The position numbers were made by a program, and so were the translations under genes. A stretch of 64,000 bases of DNA from Nannocystis bainbridge (GTDB lineage: Bacteria > Myxococcota_A > Polyangia > Nannocystales > Nannocystaceae), in assembly GCF_028368995.1 (NCBI RefSeq), contig NZ_JAQNDL010000001.1:1056001-1120000 (forward strand), given 5' to 3'. The notes below the pieces were generated by a model. That model had not been told where the DNA came from and did not search any database. It worked only from the letters and a program-made list of their open reading frames with translations. Every line of letters starts with the position of its first letter. Positions within the stretch are counted from its first letter, which is position 1. Shown here piece by piece: positions 62,701-64,000 of the stretch.

Positions 62701-64000
62701 TCGGTGCGACGACCTGCGTGGGGTGGCCGATCGCCGGATCCCAGGTGGCGCGCGTCGTGAGGGCCTCTTCGCTCGCTAGGAGGAGACGCTCCTCGAGAGG
62801 GTACAGACCGCTCGTGTCGTAGCGGCGCTCGAGCGTGCCGTCCTCGCCGTCGCGGATCCGGGTGACGTTGCCGTGGGCGTCGACGCGCTGACGCAGGGTC
62901 GGGATCCAGGTGTCGCCCGCGAGCCAGGTCTCCACGCGGCTGACGACGCCCCGCGCGCCGAGCTGGCCGAGCGGCATGCCGCGCTCCTCCGGGCCGTCGT
63001 AGTACGTGCGCGTCGCGCTGACCTGGGTGCCGTCCGCCTCGGCGACCACGATCTCGGCGATGCGGTCGCGCGGCGCGTCGGCTGATTCCGCGGTCGCATA
63101 GGCGTGCGTCGTGATGCGCTCGTCGCCGGGGACATCGACGCCGGTCGTGCGGTCGACGCGGCCGAGCGCGCGCTCCTCGAGCAGGTTGCCCCACGCGTCG
63201 AAGTCCCACTCGGTCCGCGTCCGCGCCGCGGCGGCCTCCGGCCCGGCCTCGACGTGATAGGTGTCCGTGGCGCGCCGGCGCACGGCCCGGACGCCTGGCG
63301 CGGGCGCGTCGATCTCGAGTTCGTGCTCGTCTCGCACGAGCACACCGCGAGGGCTCCGCGTCTCGCTCGTCACGAGTTGGAGCTTGCGCGCCTCGTCGTC
63401 CTGCCCGAGGTCGTAGCGCGCGACCTCGGTGGAGGCCTCGGTGAAGGCGTCGCCGGGGCGCTCGATCCGCAGCTCCGCGAAGCCGCGGAACTCGCCGCGC
63501 GCCGGGTCGTACCAGCCGTCCCGCACGTGGTGCGCCGCCGCCCGCGTCCAGGGCGTGTGCGCGTCGGCCTCGCGCGACTTGGCGAGCACTGGGGTCGCTG
63601 CTGGCGGCGTGAAGGACCACGACGCGCCGGCGTCCGCGTCGGCGAGCGCAAGGGCGGCAGCGGTCGTGTACGTGAACGCGTGCGAGTAGCCGAGCGCCGT
63701 CCGCACGCCCGCGAGCAGACCCGGACGCGCGCCGATGGAACACACGCGCCACGGATCGGAGCCGTCCGTGTCGATCCGGAGCACGTCGATCGTCCCGTTC
63801 GCGTCGACGTCGCTCAGGATGAGGACCTCGTCGGCCTGAACTTCGGGCCAGGTCTTAGTAAGCGCCTGGGCGAAGCTTCCGTCGAGCTGGTTGACATGGA
63901 CCTCGAGCGCGGCGCCTAGGCGGACAAGATCCGCGGCACCGTCGCTGTTCACGTCGGAGAGCTCCCAGCGCTCGTGCTCGATCATCGCCGGCACGCCCGC
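59723..64000 (-). CDS. RHS/YD-repeat toxin (5' end outside the window) with C-terminal NucA/NucB-like DNase
   Basis: FG-GAP-like DVNSDGAAD; EFRGFA; many YD repeats; core GARHY..LGRW..PDP..NLYRYAANNPVANVDPDG; tip DRDEYPPAFTREGG.GASVR....DNRGAG. Confidence 0.95.
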   Translation of the reverse strand, partial: AGVPAMIEHERWELSDVNSDGAADLVRLGAALEVHVNQLDGSFAQALTKTWPEVQADEVLILSDVDANGTIDVLRIDTDGSDPWRVCSIGARPGLLAGVRTALGYSHAFTYTTAAALALADADAGASWSFTPPAATPVLAKSREADAHTPWTRAAAHHVRDGWYDPARGEFRGFAELRIERPGDAFTEASTEVARYDLGQDDEARKLQLVTSETRSPRGVLVRDEHELEIDAPAPGVRAVRRRATDTYHVEAGPEAAAARTRTEWDFDAWGNLLEERALGRVDRTTGVDVPGDERITTHAYATAESADAPRDRIAEIVVAEADGTQVSATRTYYDGPEERGMPLGQLGARGVVSRVETWLAGDTWIPTLRQRVDAHGNVTRIRDGEDGTLERRYDTSGLYPLEERLLLASEEALTTRATWDPAIGHPTQVVAPNGAARSFEYDRLGRLVADVEHGDSAELPTRRYHYFLAGDAGAPAVVTELRKHRGAPEIETSIQHLDGLGRSLARVTADDAGVAAIVAEAIVYTAEGEVAEQFTPHAVPASSLTPGQPPTPATDWPRARHAYDALGRVTHTRDADGRDTATAYGPLRSELREHEDLHPEPPYADTPERRLQDGLGRTTLLESHRVDRIIRDRYGFDAAGGVVSHTDPAGHESRYTYDGAGRLTAIDSPDAGHIVQRYDDAGRLIERVTATGARVRWSHDRAGRLVHELALTPEGKAARESTRTYDGPGPWERGYLSRVDDDAGHLEIGHDARGNVNLQTRRFAAHAGPVTLTVRTDHDAQNRPLREEYPDGSGFERQYTARGLEAPLAGWIDGAVLDAAGRWTRIDLANGVTRTRELDHAGRQLGERVITDVATLRALTHAYDAAGLLGETRDLVGPTPHSPSLDARYQYDDQHRLVRAEEAGKVQAFAYTDDGNLSSFAGAAFTYDRSHPHAVADAHGQHLAYDDAGRLTRVAGDGPLPPGTWRWDPLDHLASFVAEDGQRTEHVYDHAGREAIRREYTAAGALAHETLYLTPAIEVRDGRLVRWITWGGERIAEAPAKLPRGGYRPAAAALLVALVLFVVGLARSRPQLGRLAAVLALVLGAQSCRHEPGAASLLPDTQTRWHVADRLGSAALILDHRGEVVARDANTAYGAPHTAWREGQAAGPIYRFTDKEDLALAGAVTIGARHYLPALGRWATPDPRFLYEPGADLDNAGERNLYRYAANNPVANVDPDGHSFWSKLAKAGRSIAKGGNGLDAFMGIVDDAWTVVNPASSWVDRGVALVSLASEALPVSAGDAKDAYRYVRGADNVADAVKRVERRDYGEAAKAIEKYTKPVEIPLSRSRFPGSAAHTSDAQRAGHPMELTIDRSGARPNRSEALRGHAPVKGMDRDEYPPAFTREGGTGASVRPVAPGDNRGAGACIGAACRGLPNGTKIKIKVTE

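Larger units (their letters stand above)
41346..64000. mobile_element. Integrative element / genomic island (right end outside the window)
   Basis: Truncated host gene next to a tyrosine integrase; visibly more A/T and relaxed codon bias; accessory toxin and regulator cargo. Right extent is inferred. Confidence 0.75.

Overview
Very GC-rich, myxobacterial-looking DNA. A Nannocystis-like origin is inferred from Thr/Gly-linker lipoproteins, several Ser/Thr kinases and a TPR pseudokinase. Bases 1 to about 41345 are ordinary chromosome: kinases, an M35-like protease, tsaA/trmO, MATE, an FAD oxidoreductase, ECF sigma plus thioredoxin, an Rrf2/old-yellow-enzyme redox cluster, GH31, a TetR-RND pump and others. 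At about 41346 a GH44 gene is cut by an integrative element that runs past the window end. The element carries an HTH-fused tyrosine integrase, an iteron-like repeat region, an XRE protein, a cyclase-STAND-TPR protein, a MerR-like regulator, a kinase/lipoprotein operon, and an RHS-NucA/NucB toxin with two immunity-type genes. Signals not explained by the ORF track: (1) a 14-bp palindromic unit, TGTC-N6-GACA and degenerate variants, forming head-to-tail arrays with 14-bp register in about a dozen intergenic regions and also occurring inside genes; (2) a UGA-recoded UxxC selenoprotein with a SECIS-like hairpin, split into two ORFs by the track; (3) an element-specific 15-bp operator, TGTATGCCGCATACA, at two divergent promoters. 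All calls come from reading motifs by eye; no searches were run.
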